In this document: positions 41,301-51,362 of the stretch, in pieces
Layout: each line of letters starts with the position of its first letter
Position numbering within the stretch: the stretch's first letter is position 1
NCBI GenBank assembly: GCA_963662275.1
Contig: OY759316.1
Span: 2,720,001 to 2,784,000, forward strand
Length of the DNA: 64,000 nt
Reading direction: 5' to 3'
From: Candidatus Cloacimonadales bacterium
GTDB lineage: Bacteria > Cloacimonadota > Cloacimonadia > Cloacimonadales > DAONDQ01
Notes under the pieces: model-generated
Seen by the model: the letters and a program-made list of their open reading frames with translations, nothing else
What the model was told of the DNA's origin: nothing
Database searches by the model: none
Program-made: the position numbers and the translations under genes

Positions 41301-43723
41301 CACTCACCAATTATAAAATCTATAAAGGTGATAATTTGCTTGCAACACTATCAGCAGTTAATGTTTCTTATACCGATAATGCCGTTACCAGTGGTACATC
41401 CTATACATATTACGTTAAAGCCGTTTATACTGCTCCCGTAGGAGAATCAGTCCCATCGAATTCAGTAATCTTAACACCTCCTCTACCAGTATTTCATGCC
41501 CCGACAAATCTTGTAGGTGTTGCCGGTAATGCTTCTGTAGCTTTAACCTGGACTGCTCCGGCAGCAGGAAGTACGGGTACTCTAGCTATGTATAGACTCT
41601 ATCGGAATACTGTATTTCTTACCTCAGTATCTGCCACAAATACGGCTTATACAGATAACACTGTAACAAATGGTACAGAGTATACTTATTATGTACAAGC
41701 AACTTATACAGGTCCTACAGGAACTTCAGCCGGATCAAATTCAGTGATCGTAACTCCGTTCCAACCGATATTCAATCCGCCTTCAAATCTGACAGCAATT
41801 GCCGGAAACGCAACGGTTGCCTTAGCTTGGTCAGCTCCTGCAGCCGGTAGTCAAGGAACGCTTACGAATTACAAGCTTTATCGTAACGCAACTCTTCTTG
41901 TCACTTTGGAATCCACTGTAGTTGCCTATACAGATAATGCTGTGATAAATGGTACGGCATATACCTATTATGTCAAAGCAGCTTATACAAATCTAACTGG
42001 TGATTCAGATCAATCGAATACTGCGACTGCAACACCTCTGCTTCCTGTTTACAACCCTCCAACCAATCTGACTGCCGTTGCTGGAAATGCAACCGTAGCA
42101 TTAGCTTGGTCAGCTCCTGCAGCAGGCAGCACAGGAACCCTGACGAATTACAAACTATATCGTAATTCAACCCTTCTGATTACTTTACCTGTGACTGGTG
42201 TTACTTATACGGATAATGCAGTGATAAATGGCACTGCATATACATACTATGCCATAGCAGTATATACAAATTGGGATGGTGAATCAGTACAATCAAATAC
42301 TGTAACAGCAACTCCTCTGCTTCCTCTTTATAATCCTCCAACCAATCTGACTGCTGTTGCTGGAAATGCAACCGTAACATTGGCTTGGACTGCTCCTGCA
42401 GCAGGCAGCACAGGAACCCTGACGAATTACAAACTATATCGTAATTCAACCCTTCTGATTACTTTACCTGTGACTGGTGTTACTTATACGGATAATGCAG
42501 TTACTAATGGCACTGCCTATACCTACTACATCACAGCAGTATATACAAATTGGGATGGTGAATCAGCTCATTCGAATACTGCAGCAGCAACTCCTCTGCT
42601 CCCTGTCTATAATCCTCCAGCCAATCTGACTGCCGTTGCCGGAAATGCAACCGTAGCATTGGCTTGGACAGCTCCTGCAGCAGGCAGCACAGGAACCCTG
42701 ACAAATTACAAACTATATCGTAATTCAACCCTTCTGATTACTTTACCTGTGACTGGTGTTACTTATACGGATAATGCCGTTACTAATGGCACTGCCTATA
42801 CCTACTACGTCACAGCAGTATATACAAATTGGGATGGTGAGTCAGCTCATTCGAATACCGCAGCAGCAACTCCTCTGCTTCCTGTCTATAATCCTCCAAC
42901 TAATCTGACTGCCGTTGCCGGAAATGCAACCGTAGCATTGGCTTGGACAGCTCCTGCAGCAGGCAGCACAGGAACCCTGACGAATTACAAACTATATCGT
43001 AATTCAACCCTTCTGATTACTTTACCTGTGACTGGTGTTACTTATACGGATAATGCAGTTACCAATGGTACGGCATATTCCTACTATGTAAAAGCTGTAT
43101 ATACAAATTGGGATGGTGAATCTTCGTCATCGAATACAGTTACTGTGACCCCAGTAGTTCCAGTCTATAACCCTCCAACCAATCTGACTGTTAATGTCCA
43201 GCAGGCTATTGCTACACTCAACTGGGTAGCTCCTACACCTGCAGCAGGAACGACTCTGACTGGTTATAAAGTCTACCGTAACAATGCCGTCGTTCATACG
43301 ATTACCGGAACGACTACGACTTGGTCAGAAACACTTCCAGCAGGTGTATATAACTACAAAGTAACAGCCACATACGTAGGTAATGAATCTCCTGCTTCTA
43401 ATGAAGTAGGCATCACAGTCGCTAATTCTGATCCTATCGCTGTTCTGGCAACCAACCTTAAAGGTTGTTACCCGAATCCGTTCAATCCGACTACGACAAT
43501 TGCTTATAGCGTTAAAACTCCTAACCATGTCATGATTGAGATTTACTCAGTCAAAGGACAAAAAGTAAAAACGCTTGTAAATTGCTTGCAGAATACTGGT
43601 AATTATACAGTAGTATGGAATGGAGCAGATGATTTCGGTAAAACTATGAGTAGCGGTATTTACTTCTATAGAATGGTTTCTGGAAATTATACAGATACTA
43701 AAAAAATGATTATGGTTAAATAA
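38375..43723 (+). CDS. Large Fn3-repeat surface protein with cleaved-adhesin-like domain and FlgD-Ig/T9SS-like CTD
   Basis: Signal peptide; repeated NPPTNLTA..W.AP..YKLYRN..YTD..YTYYV; GFEG..FPPLGW; YPNPFNPTTT. Confidence 0.92.
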   Translation: MKKLVFFVLMFTLILSVSLSATVRSYYQEINCELPNNINTYVTNTSTSSTSPNYLFEAWTSADGYVKHLFTGTGGTPATSLRIFTLTGAGPRAYVQMSAFTAITINAGAIIRCRLTYLGAKVANPVEWDFVVPTGTAAIYNDLVHGGYSVTVPPTPTGPSHNYPTLANEPIPADHTTNVPVTTTQISWSHTDNADYTTATGYKVYFGKDALPSTYTYVTAKNMTVSVVYGGHYYWKVVPTDASSKGIIPSNQRTNATFRGDNPDAVEWDFTVETNPNPGLATNPTPANNALNVPIATTNISWNYTSDPSFTDPIGYKVYFGTNSDVTSNPMTFITGMLNTTMPVTLGYATNYFWKVIPTTISGAKAGGTVTTRIKNHTRGDAEGASTWYFRTESFPVSPNPGIATNPVPVNGAVNVAHGTTSLLWTYTIDPLFTNPVGYKVYLHTNNTFTENALAVPYLYVSGISNTQVTLPITLAYDTHYYWKVIPTTEMSKGDAVNATIWDFTTESLTSNVPNPAVISAPLNAGTDVLINAQLAWVNGGGGTTGYKIYLGTNNPPTNIVNGTDLGLVDSYTPISNFVYSTIYYWQVVPYNTYGNAENCPIWSFTTMGDPTITSFPYVQGFEGANFPPLGWNMSGWLRGTGSHTGSYSARALKNHSGVSILSTPSVVLTENKYISFWWKDDDVSRVAGHDSTYFEISNNSGSTWIKLATLSPTNPDIQYHEYSTSLSAYSGQTVQFRWRDVTDGSANAYGVGLDDITIGTFVFAPPQNLTATPGYGVIGLAWQAPLGRSLTTYKVYRNSVFLASTPPGTYTYNDNTVVNNVTYTYYVTADYTSPTFESVPSNTVQSTPLIPVFNPVTTFSASLTTYNSITLQWTLQVAKHNRSISGFKIYRNSTLAATLTNPTTTSWIDTNLASGSYSYYIVCTYSNPNGESIPSSTQTVNVPVPVLNPPTNLAGTTTYNSVSLTWTAPTGSTATLTNYKIYKGDNLLATLSAVNVSYTDNAVTSGTSYTYYVKAVYTAPVGESVPSNSVILTPPLPVFHAPTNLVGVAGNASVALTWTAPAAGSTGTLAMYRLYRNTVFLTSVSATNTAYTDNTVTNGTEYTYYVQATYTGPTGTSAGSNSVIVTPFQPIFNPPSNLTAIAGNATVALAWSAPAAGSQGTLTNYKLYRNATLLVTLESTVVAYTDNAVINGTAYTYYVKAAYTNLTGDSDQSNTATATPLLPVYNPPTNLTAVAGNATVALAWSAPAAGSTGTLTNYKLYRNSTLLITLPVTGVTYTDNAVINGTAYTYYAIAVYTNWDGESVQSNTVTATPLLPLYNPPTNLTAVAGNATVTLAWTAPAAGSTGTLTNYKLYRNSTLLITLPVTGVTYTDNAVTNGTAYTYYITAVYTNWDGESAHSNTAAATPLLPVYNPPANLTAVAGNATVALAWTAPAAGSTGTLTNYKLYRNSTLLITLPVTGVTYTDNAVTNGTAYTYYVTAVYTNWDGESAHSNTAAATPLLPVYNPPTNLTAVAGNATVALAWTAPAAGSTGTLTNYKLYRNSTLLITLPVTGVTYTDNAVTNGTAYSYYVKAVYTNWDGESSSSNTVTVTPVVPVYNPPTNLTVNVQQAIATLNWVAPTPAAGTTLTGYKVYRNNAVVHTITGTTTTWSETLPAGVYNYKVTATYVGNESPASNEVGITVANSDPIAVLATNLKGCYPNPFNPTTTIAYSVKTPNHVMIEIYSVKGQKVKTLVNCLQNTGNYTVVWNGADDFGKTMSSGIYFYRMVSGNYTDTKKMIMVK
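41774..43168 (+). repeat. Five 279-bp intragenic tandem repeats (93-aa Fn3)
   Basis: Unit starts about 41774, 42053, 42332, 42611, 42890; high nucleotide identity. Confidence 0.9.
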
Positions 43724-43738
43724 TACGCCTTAATTCTG

Positions 43739-43769
43739 AGAGGGGTGGAAACACCCCTCTTTTTTTTTC
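43739..43769 (+). terminator. Intrinsic terminator
   Basis: AGAGGGGTG-GAAA-CACCCCTCT followed by T-run. Confidence 0.9.
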
Positions 43770-44078
43770 ACTTGCATCCTGAAGTTCGAAACACTGGTTA
43801 CCAAACATCTGATAATTAATAAATTGACCTAATCATGTCAATTTGAAACGAGTCATGGAATAAAATCTGTTATCTAAGATAGATCAAAATACACAAAAAG
43901 TGCACGATAGTGTAGATTGATATCGTTTAAAAACATTTAAGGGGTTATTATTCAAAATAGTAAATTCAATGTAAAATCGCTTCTTTATTCAATACTGAAG
44001 CAACGCTTAAAGAATTTTCATGCCAAAATCAACTTACATGTCGATAAACAGGCATATATTATTAGAACTGCTGAAACT

Positions 44079-44789
44079 ATGGATGATTTACTCAAAGTCC
44101 TGAGTCTGAGATATCATGTTTTTATCGAGGAACTTCTACATAAAAAGAAGTACCTGGAATTTGAAATTGATCGTTTTGATTTGAAATGTGACCATCTGAT
44201 GATCATTCATAAGGAAACCCATCAAGTAATTGGTACATATCGACTCAATTCTTCACTATTTACGAAGAAATTCTATACTGCTACTGAATTCCATATGCGA
44301 AATTTAGCCAAATTACCCGGTAACAAACTTGAAGTTGACCGTGCCTGTGTACACCAGGATTATCGAAATGGAAGAACAATTGCGCTATTATGGGAAGGTA
44401 TTAACGCCTATATGTTAAAAAGTGAATCCAGGTATATGTTCGGCTGCTCAAGTGTCAGAACGATGAATCGTAGTGAAATGATAAATATCTACAAGTATTT
44501 TAGGGAAAAGGGACATATTATTGATAATCTCAAAATCAATCCTAAAAGAAAATTCAGGATACCCGGTTTTTATCATTTCTTTCATAAACATACTTTCCAT
44601 AACCTGAATCCTATTACTGACATAGAAATTGAAAAAATGGTTCCTTCATTATTAAAATCTTACCTGAAAGCGGGTGCTAAAATATATGGGAGACCTGCAC
44701 TCGATCGTAAATATCGCTGTATTGATTTCTTTACGCTGATGGAAGTGGATAATTTCAAGACTTCTTATCAAAGGGGAAAAAGAAATTAA
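44079..44789 (+). CDS. GNAT acyltransferase, OlsB/ornithine-lipid type
   Basis: LRY.VF.EE, DRFD..CDHL, GTYRL, RACVH.DYR.G, LLW.GI, FGCSS, P.LLKSYL..GAKI.G.PALD; frame also open upstream. Confidence 0.85.
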   Translation: MDDLLKVLSLRYHVFIEELLHKKKYLEFEIDRFDLKCDHLMIIHKETHQVIGTYRLNSSLFTKKFYTATEFHMRNLAKLPGNKLEVDRACVHQDYRNGRTIALLWEGINAYMLKSESRYMFGCSSVRTMNRSEMINIYKYFREKGHIIDNLKINPKRKFRIPGFYHFFHKHTFHNLNPITDIEIEKMVPSLLKSYLKAGAKIYGRPALDRKYRCIDFFTLMEVDNFKTSYQRGKRN

Positions 44790-44936
44790 AATAATGAGCA
44801 TTCCATCCGATTTATAATCAGAATTAATTCCATAAATTACAATTATAAATTGACACACAGACTAAACACTCAGTAAATTGAAATGGAATAAAATGGGATA
44901 CGAATAATAAAAAAATAGATCTTCAAGGAGCTAAAA

Positions 44937-47900
44937 ATGCGTAGATTAGTGTTTTGCATTTTTTTATTTCAGGTCGCTTTCTCCTGCTTCGGGATTATCA
45001 TTGAAGAAACAGGATCATTCAAGAACTTTCTGTTTTCACGAGAAACTAACTGTGAATATGACAGATGGGTTTCTCATATTTCTGAAGGAGTTGCCATTGC
45101 GAATTACAACCTTTATGCACCATGGGATAGGCAGACGAATGGCTTTGGTACTTTTCATGTAGCTACAGCGACTGAACTTATTCATTGGAACAATGTGATT
45201 ACCGAAATCATGAACAATCGTTATAATGCAGCTCAAGATTCAATAACTGCAAATAATTTCCCATATAAAGTGGTTAGATTCAATGATATCGATACAGGGC
45301 GAACCTACTACCTACTGCGGGAAAATCTGAATATGACGTATAGTGATGACCAGGGAACTCTTGATCCTGGTGATGATGAACATGGCAGTTTTTCCTATGG
45401 TTGGGGATTGTATGTCTATTACCCACAAGCAACTTCTCCCATCATCGTAACCGTTGTTCATCCAAATGATGATTTTATTGCCCCTTATATAGCTGCTAAT
45501 GCTTTTGTTGAATGGAACGCCATGTTCCTGCAAATCGCCGGTGCTGGCAGAGAAATCGTTTGGACAGGTAATTATACAAATTCCACATCTTTGAGTGATC
45601 CTTCACGGATTGATGCCAGTGCATACACATATGCTTATAAAAAATTCTGTAATAAGATCAGAGAGCAATTTGGAAAACGCGAAATGTCTTTCCAGATTCA
45701 CAGTTATGATTGGAATCGACATGCCGGTTATGCAAGCAATCAGGTTTCTGCGGGTTATAACAGTCTCAGCATTGATTTACCTGTACGTGATCTTTCGAAT
45801 CGCCATGAAGATATGATCAGCCACGGGCGCCCGGTGATGATTCCAGCTAATACGATCGGAATACATCGGGAAGTTACGTTTAACGATTATTATGCATTTT
45901 TCAACCATCTCTACCCAATAACTTACACGAATGCCGATACTTCATTCGCTTGCAATACAAATATTGATTTAACAGGATTTTCGGAAAACAAGCAAGCTGT
46001 ATACACTTTAACCGGAATGAATGACAATGATGTTGTTGATCCTTTTGTCCATATCGAAATGGATGAATTGCCTAATTGTTATGATCAAACCACCAATAAT
46101 CTGAATTGGTTTTATGGATATGATCCTCTAACCGTAACGTTTAATTTAAACAGGGTATATGATCATGCATGGTCTTATTATTCTCCAATGATTCATAGTT
46201 TGGCAGCCACTTTACCCAGCATGTTTACAATGAATGATAATCAAACACCAACAACCCCAACTAATCTGGAAGTGTTTAGTCAATCTTACGATTATATCAA
46301 TTTGCAGTGGGATCGTAGTTATTCCTATGATTTCAAGACGTATGAAATCATGGTATCAACACAACCAATTACAGGTAATAACTATACTTTATATACAAGA
46401 GATAATGATCCTTTGCTGGCAAGTCAAGCCAATAATCAGATTTCAGTAGTTGGATTAGGTTTCAGCACGGAATATTATTTCAAAATCAGAGCAAAAGACT
46501 ACAATGGAAATATCTCCGGTGAATCAAATATGATCACAGTAACTACTGGACCAGCCAAAATTACTAATCTCACTGCTACCGGTAAAGATAATCATGTATC
46601 ATTAAGATGGAATGTTTCAATCCAAAATGGCAACCAGGGATTTATTGTGTATAGAAAGCTGAATGAAGGGCAATACCAAAATATCTCTGATTATCATACA
46701 AATGCCACTCTCCTGGGTTCAACACAAACAAATATGGTCTATACATATGAAGATATTACTGTTTCAAATGGGGAATTTTATACATACAAGATTTCCGCTG
46801 TCAATACCAGTAATATTGAGTATGACCATAATTTCACAGCAACTTGTTCACCAAGACCAATTTATCGATTCTATGTTTACAATTCCAGTCATACGGTCTT
46901 GGATAGCGTTGCTTTTGCCAATAATCCTTTTGCTTCTGATGGTAATGATACTTATTATGATATTGTCAAAACTGCTGCCCCTGCATCTAATTATGTGTAT
47001 GCAACCGCATATGAGCAATATTGGTCTGCAAATGGTGTTTATCTGGCACAGGAAACGCGTGGTGATTATGATCTTTCTCAGGAATATAGAAGCTGGGCAT
47101 TACGTATCAAAACCGATCGAACCGGACAGAATATCATAATCAAATTAGCACCTCGTCCTACTCGTCAAACTGAGAAACTCTATCTGTATTATAGCGCTAC
47201 AGGTGAATATAAGAACATGGTAACAGACAGCCTGGTATTTCAAGCTGCAGATGTAAATTACAGATCCTTTATTCTGTATTGGGGTAATTTGCAACCTACC
47301 ACTACCATTCCAACTGTTGAAAACCGCTTGTATCAAGCTGGAGATATTGCAAATTTCAGTTGGAATACGACGTTTAATTTTCTTGTAGGTCATTATGACA
47401 TATTTTTAGATAATGAAGTTGATAGCATACTTGTTGCGTCCAATTTACCCTATAATAATGGAAGCTATCAATGGACTGTACCTCAAAATGTCTCAAAGCA
47501 CAATTTAAAATTCAAAGTCCAGATCACGGCATTAGATGGAGAAATTAGAACAAGCACATCCACTTATAGCCTGGGATTGTTACCATTGCAGAATGATATG
47601 TACAGTTTGCCGGGGCTGGCGATGATCTCCAATCCCTGGTCAGCTTCAAACCTCAATTCTACAACAGTCTTTGGTACGGGAGCTGAACTTTCCCTATACA
47701 CAGATCCTGATACTTACACCCAAACAACAGATTTTCATTCTGGAACTGGCTATTGGAGTAATTGTGTTTCTCCTTTTACATACACATCAAGTTTAGCAAT
47801 CCAAAAAACAACAACAACAGTCAGTTTGCAGCATGGATGGAATTTAGTACCGAACCCTCATATGTGTTCTTATCAGATTAAAGATTTGAAATTCCTTTTA

Positions 47901-48866
47901 AATAATGTCACTTATAATTGTGGTGAGTTATTGGAACAGAATCTTATTTCCAGGGCAATTTATGTATATCGCCGTGGTATTTGTACGCAAGTGGATGTGA
48001 TAAATCCATTTGAATCTTTTTACCTTTACGTTTATGCGAATGATCGTTTAAATCTGTCGTGCCAGTTCACTCCTTATTTCCCAGGTAATCCGATCCATCC
48101 TTCCGAAACAGGTTGGCAATTGAAAATATTCGCAAATCAGACGGGTCTGGACAAGGATGAATTAATCGTTGGTGCATCTGCTTCATCTATTGATGATTTC
48201 GATTATGTTTATGATCTTCCAGAGCCACCCATCAAACCAGTAGACTCACCTTTACAATTCTATATCGAAAAAAACGCACACACGTTCCCAAACTTTCCAT
48301 ACCGAAAACTGAATTGTGAATTTAAACAACCGTTTGCTTCTGATTCATTACAAGCAGATAAATTCTGGAATTTCACCTTGGTTGTAGGCTCCGTTCAACC
48401 GGTTACGATCAATTGTGATAAGTCCCTATTTCCACGTGACTATTCTGCTCAATTAATTATAGGCACGGATTATTTTCCACTGTCCACAGGGGTGAATTGT
48501 ACGTTTATTCCAACAGCCGCAGGTACATATTATGGACAAGTGCAGGTTCGCAATAATCCTACTTCCAATCAGGATACTGTTCAACCTCAAACGCAAACAC
48601 TTGCTGTGTATCCTAATCCATTCAATCCTTCAACCACAATCTCATTCATGTTGAACAAGAGCGAAAAGGCAAATCTCACAATTTACAATATTCGTGGACA
48701 GAAAGTCCGTGAACTTGTAAATAGCAATTTAACACTAGGAAGACATCATATTGCCTGGAATGGCAAGAATGACTTAGGTAAAGAAGTTGCAACCGGTGTC
48801 TATTTTGCCAGGCTCACTTCCAATTCAGATAAGGCTGTGGTTAAAAAGCTGATGCTGATAAAATAA
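44937..48866 (+). CDS. Large secreted protein with unknown N-terminal domain, Fn3 domains and FlgD-Ig/T9SS-like CTD
   Basis: Signal peptide; PTTPTNL..YYFKIRAKD; GWNLV.NP; YPNPFNPSTT...GVYF. Confidence 0.85.
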   Translation: MRRLVFCIFLFQVAFSCFGIIIEETGSFKNFLFSRETNCEYDRWVSHISEGVAIANYNLYAPWDRQTNGFGTFHVATATELIHWNNVITEIMNNRYNAAQDSITANNFPYKVVRFNDIDTGRTYYLLRENLNMTYSDDQGTLDPGDDEHGSFSYGWGLYVYYPQATSPIIVTVVHPNDDFIAPYIAANAFVEWNAMFLQIAGAGREIVWTGNYTNSTSLSDPSRIDASAYTYAYKKFCNKIREQFGKREMSFQIHSYDWNRHAGYASNQVSAGYNSLSIDLPVRDLSNRHEDMISHGRPVMIPANTIGIHREVTFNDYYAFFNHLYPITYTNADTSFACNTNIDLTGFSENKQAVYTLTGMNDNDVVDPFVHIEMDELPNCYDQTTNNLNWFYGYDPLTVTFNLNRVYDHAWSYYSPMIHSLAATLPSMFTMNDNQTPTTPTNLEVFSQSYDYINLQWDRSYSYDFKTYEIMVSTQPITGNNYTLYTRDNDPLLASQANNQISVVGLGFSTEYYFKIRAKDYNGNISGESNMITVTTGPAKITNLTATGKDNHVSLRWNVSIQNGNQGFIVYRKLNEGQYQNISDYHTNATLLGSTQTNMVYTYEDITVSNGEFYTYKISAVNTSNIEYDHNFTATCSPRPIYRFYVYNSSHTVLDSVAFANNPFASDGNDTYYDIVKTAAPASNYVYATAYEQYWSANGVYLAQETRGDYDLSQEYRSWALRIKTDRTGQNIIIKLAPRPTRQTEKLYLYYSATGEYKNMVTDSLVFQAADVNYRSFILYWGNLQPTTTIPTVENRLYQAGDIANFSWNTTFNFLVGHYDIFLDNEVDSILVASNLPYNNGSYQWTVPQNVSKHNLKFKVQITALDGEIRTSTSTYSLGLLPLQNDMYSLPGLAMISNPWSASNLNSTTVFGTGAELSLYTDPDTYTQTTDFHSGTGYWSNCVSPFTYTSSLAIQKTTTTVSLQHGWNLVPNPHMCSYQIKDLKFLLNNVTYNCGELLEQNLISRAIYVYRRGICTQVDVINPFESFYLYVYANDRLNLSCQFTPYFPGNPIHPSETGWQLKIFANQTGLDKDELIVGASASSIDDFDYVYDLPEPPIKPVDSPLQFYIEKNAHTFPNFPYRKLNCEFKQPFASDSLQADKFWNFTLVVGSVQPVTINCDKSLFPRDYSAQLIIGTDYFPLSTGVNCTFIPTAAGTYYGQVQVRNNPTSNQDTVQPQTQTLAVYPNPFNPSTTISFMLNKSEKANLTIYNIRGQKVRELVNSNLTLGRHHIAWNGKNDLGKEVATGVYFARLTSNSDKAVVKKLMLIK

Positions 48867-48879
48867 ATCTTCTTCAAAT

Positions 48880-48910
48880 AAAAAAAGGCTGTCGAAAGAC
48901 AGCCTTTTTA
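48880..48910. terminator. Bidirectional intrinsic terminator
   Basis: AAAAAAAGGCTGTC-GAAA-GACAGCCTTTTT between convergent genes. Confidence 0.9.
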
Positions 48911-48922
48911 CTATTCATTAAT

Positions 48923-50071
48923 TTAGAATGTATACCCTAATGATAGCTTAGATGCAATACCGGGGGCTCTTCCACCGATAACATTTGGTCCATCAAATAA
49001 GAGCGGATTATTAATGACAGAATCCAACATGAAGTTACCAAATTTAATACCTAAACCAACTTCACTACTGAAAATAGAACCATAACTGCTTGATGTAATA
49101 TCACTACGACTAGATGAAGAACTGGTATGTGTTTCTGAAGCCATAGAATAAGTCTCTGTTGCTCCTGCACGTATAATCAACCATGATAATACTTGTGACT
49201 CAATCCCGACTTTGTACTCAGGAATTATTATATCAGAACTGCTGGTTTTGTTCGAACCTGGAGTTCTCTTAGTGGATACGAGACTCATTCCGACTGGTTT
49301 GACAGCAAATACTAATAATGTGGATTCAGAGACATTATAGTTGATACCCAAACCTAAATGAAGGTTGATTATGGAAGAAGCATATTTAACTTCTGAACCT
49401 TGTTTATGCTTGGTGGTTGAAGATCCGAAACCCAATTCACCCAGTCCAGATAATGACCAATCATTCTTCTGGATCAGATATAAACGAGCGTTCAAATCAA
49501 TACCAAAGTTCGTAAATGTGGTCTTCTCTTTGGTGTTCTTATTTTCAACTGTTCCCATTGGAATAGCAATAGTAACACCTGTATCCATCATATCAGTGGA
49601 CATTCCAGCTTTTAGAGCAACATAATTAGCACTTTCTTTCAGATCCTTATAGGGAGAATATGCTGTTCCAGCTAAACTGATCCCAACACCGAGACCTTCC
49701 TTGAGACCATAGAGAATATCCAATTTTCTGCTTAGATTCAAATCCCCTGCCATATAATCACTATGATAACCATCGAAATAATCATCAATATCAATACCAG
49801 TAGGCTCATTAAAATAGACACCAAGTATTCCACTGCCTAGGGGCACATCAGCACCGAGTGACCAACCATCGGTGTAACCGGATGTCCTCATTTCCATTGT
49901 AACGAATTTATTGTAATTAAAGATCGTTCCTGGATATGTGAAGATATCTGTGTTATCTTTGACATACCCATTCATACCACCCATTGCAGCCATACGGCTT
50001 TCCGTGGCAAATAAACTCGCCGTGAGAGTTGCGACAGTTAAAATTACGAGTAGTAATACATTCTTACTCAT
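48923..50071 (-). CDS. Putative outer-membrane beta-barrel protein
   Basis: Signal peptide, R..AMGG N-terminus, terminal LSLGYTF. Confidence 0.75.
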   Translation of the reverse strand: MSKNVLLLVILTVATLTASLFATESRMAAMGGMNGYVKDNTDIFTYPGTIFNYNKFVTMEMRTSGYTDGWSLGADVPLGSGILGVYFNEPTGIDIDDYFDGYHSDYMAGDLNLSRKLDILYGLKEGLGVGISLAGTAYSPYKDLKESANYVALKAGMSTDMMDTGVTIAIPMGTVENKNTKEKTTFTNFGIDLNARLYLIQKNDWSLSGLGELGFGSSTTKHKQGSEVKYASSIINLHLGLGINYNVSESTLLVFAVKPVGMSLVSTKRTPGSNKTSSSDIIIPEYKVGIESQVLSWLIIRAGATETYSMASETHTSSSSSRSDITSSSYGSIFSSEVGLGIKFGNFMLDSVINNPLLFDGPNVIGGRAPGIASKLSLGYTF

Positions 50072-50447
50072 CTTTGTTATCCTCCTTTTTTTTGGTGATC
50101 AGGCTTCACTATTAAACCTGATAAGAATCAAATATAATCTGTAGAAGAAATTCGTGTTAAATTGAGATACCATTATCTCGTAAATAGTTATTCACTATTT
50201 TGCTTGAAAAATGACAGGAAACTGAAGCGTCAAGAATGAGAGAATTTCTTTGAGAACTCTCACATCCATTTGATAATGACATTCGTTATTGCTAAAATTC
50301 CTTAATTGATTCTTAATTATTTGTAAGATATTGAATTATAGCAAAATATGGATAAATTGTATCAATATAAGTCGGTAACTAATGTTACCGACTTATTTTT
50401 AGATTGAGTTATTTGAATTTAAATTCTAATGTAGTTTCTAGCATACA

Positions 50448-50999
50448 CTACTTTGAAAAAGGAAAATAAATCTGGAAACCGACATTAAATCCAAGCAGAG
50501 TTGATTTATTTTTTGTACCAGAAGGAGCATCTCCGCCATATTCACCCATGCCCATTTTGTAGTTTAAACCTAAATCAACATACACATTTTCTACGACTGG
50601 AACCAAGTAACCGGCTTTGAGATTGAGGTAGTTTGATGATTCCTTGTAAGTACTGCTCCCATTGTCACTGCTTGAAGATAGCATCATCAGACCTAATCCG
50701 CCATAAATTTGATTATAGAAATATCTACCACCAATACCAATAGCAAAAGAAGAATTCTTGTAATCCCCTTGCTTTCCGCTTGAAAGGTTAATCATCAAAT
50801 CACCGGCAATATTCTCCATAAAGAAATATCCAACTTGAGGAGAAAATGAAAAATTCGTTGCAGTATCCGAATCAGAATCATATTTTGAACTCGTATAGGA
50901 AATACTGCCACCTGGATTGATTGTACCCTTGTCAAACGCACACAAATTTGATACGACAAACAATGCTAAGAGAGAGATCAGAAGCAAATACTTTTTCAT
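50448..50999 (-). CDS. Small outer-membrane beta-barrel protein
   Basis: Signal peptide; FSPQVGYF, IGGRYF, VGFQIYF; ATG at 50999 after GGAGG. Confidence 0.8.
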   Translation of the reverse strand: MKKYLLLISLLALFVVSNLCAFDKGTINPGGSISYTSSKYDSDSDTATNFSFSPQVGYFFMENIAGDLMINLSSGKQGDYKNSSFAIGIGGRYFYNQIYGGLGLMMLSSSSDNGSSTYKESSNYLNLKAGYLVPVVENVYVDLGLNYKMGMGEYGGDAPSGTKNKSTLLGFNVGFQIYFPFSK

Positions 51000-51312
51000 A
51001 ATAAATCCTCCAGAGTCTGTTAATGAAAGTAGATGAAAGATGTTTTTCAACAATAATTTCCTTCATCCGTTTGATTTTGACATTAATCTTCATGGCGAAA
51101 CTTATTTAGAATTTTATCATGTGCAATTTTTATGTAGTTTTAAAATCTTGGCAAGTTATTTTTACTGTATTTGTCTTTAACTCTATCTTATATATCAGTT
51201 TAACATCATTATTGCCATCTTTGCGTTACCTTTACAATAGCGGTATATGATTTATTTACAGATAGTTATGAAATTCATTATTCTGCTTGTGCTACTCTTC
51301 GATTTTCCTGAA

Positions 51313-51350
51313 TAAAAAGAGCCTACTCGAATACAAAGAGTAGGCTCTTT
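51313..51350 (-). terminator. Intrinsic terminator
   Basis: AAAAAGAGCCTACTC...GAGTAGGCTCTTT. Confidence 0.8.
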
Positions 51351-51362
51351 CAGCATTTTAAG

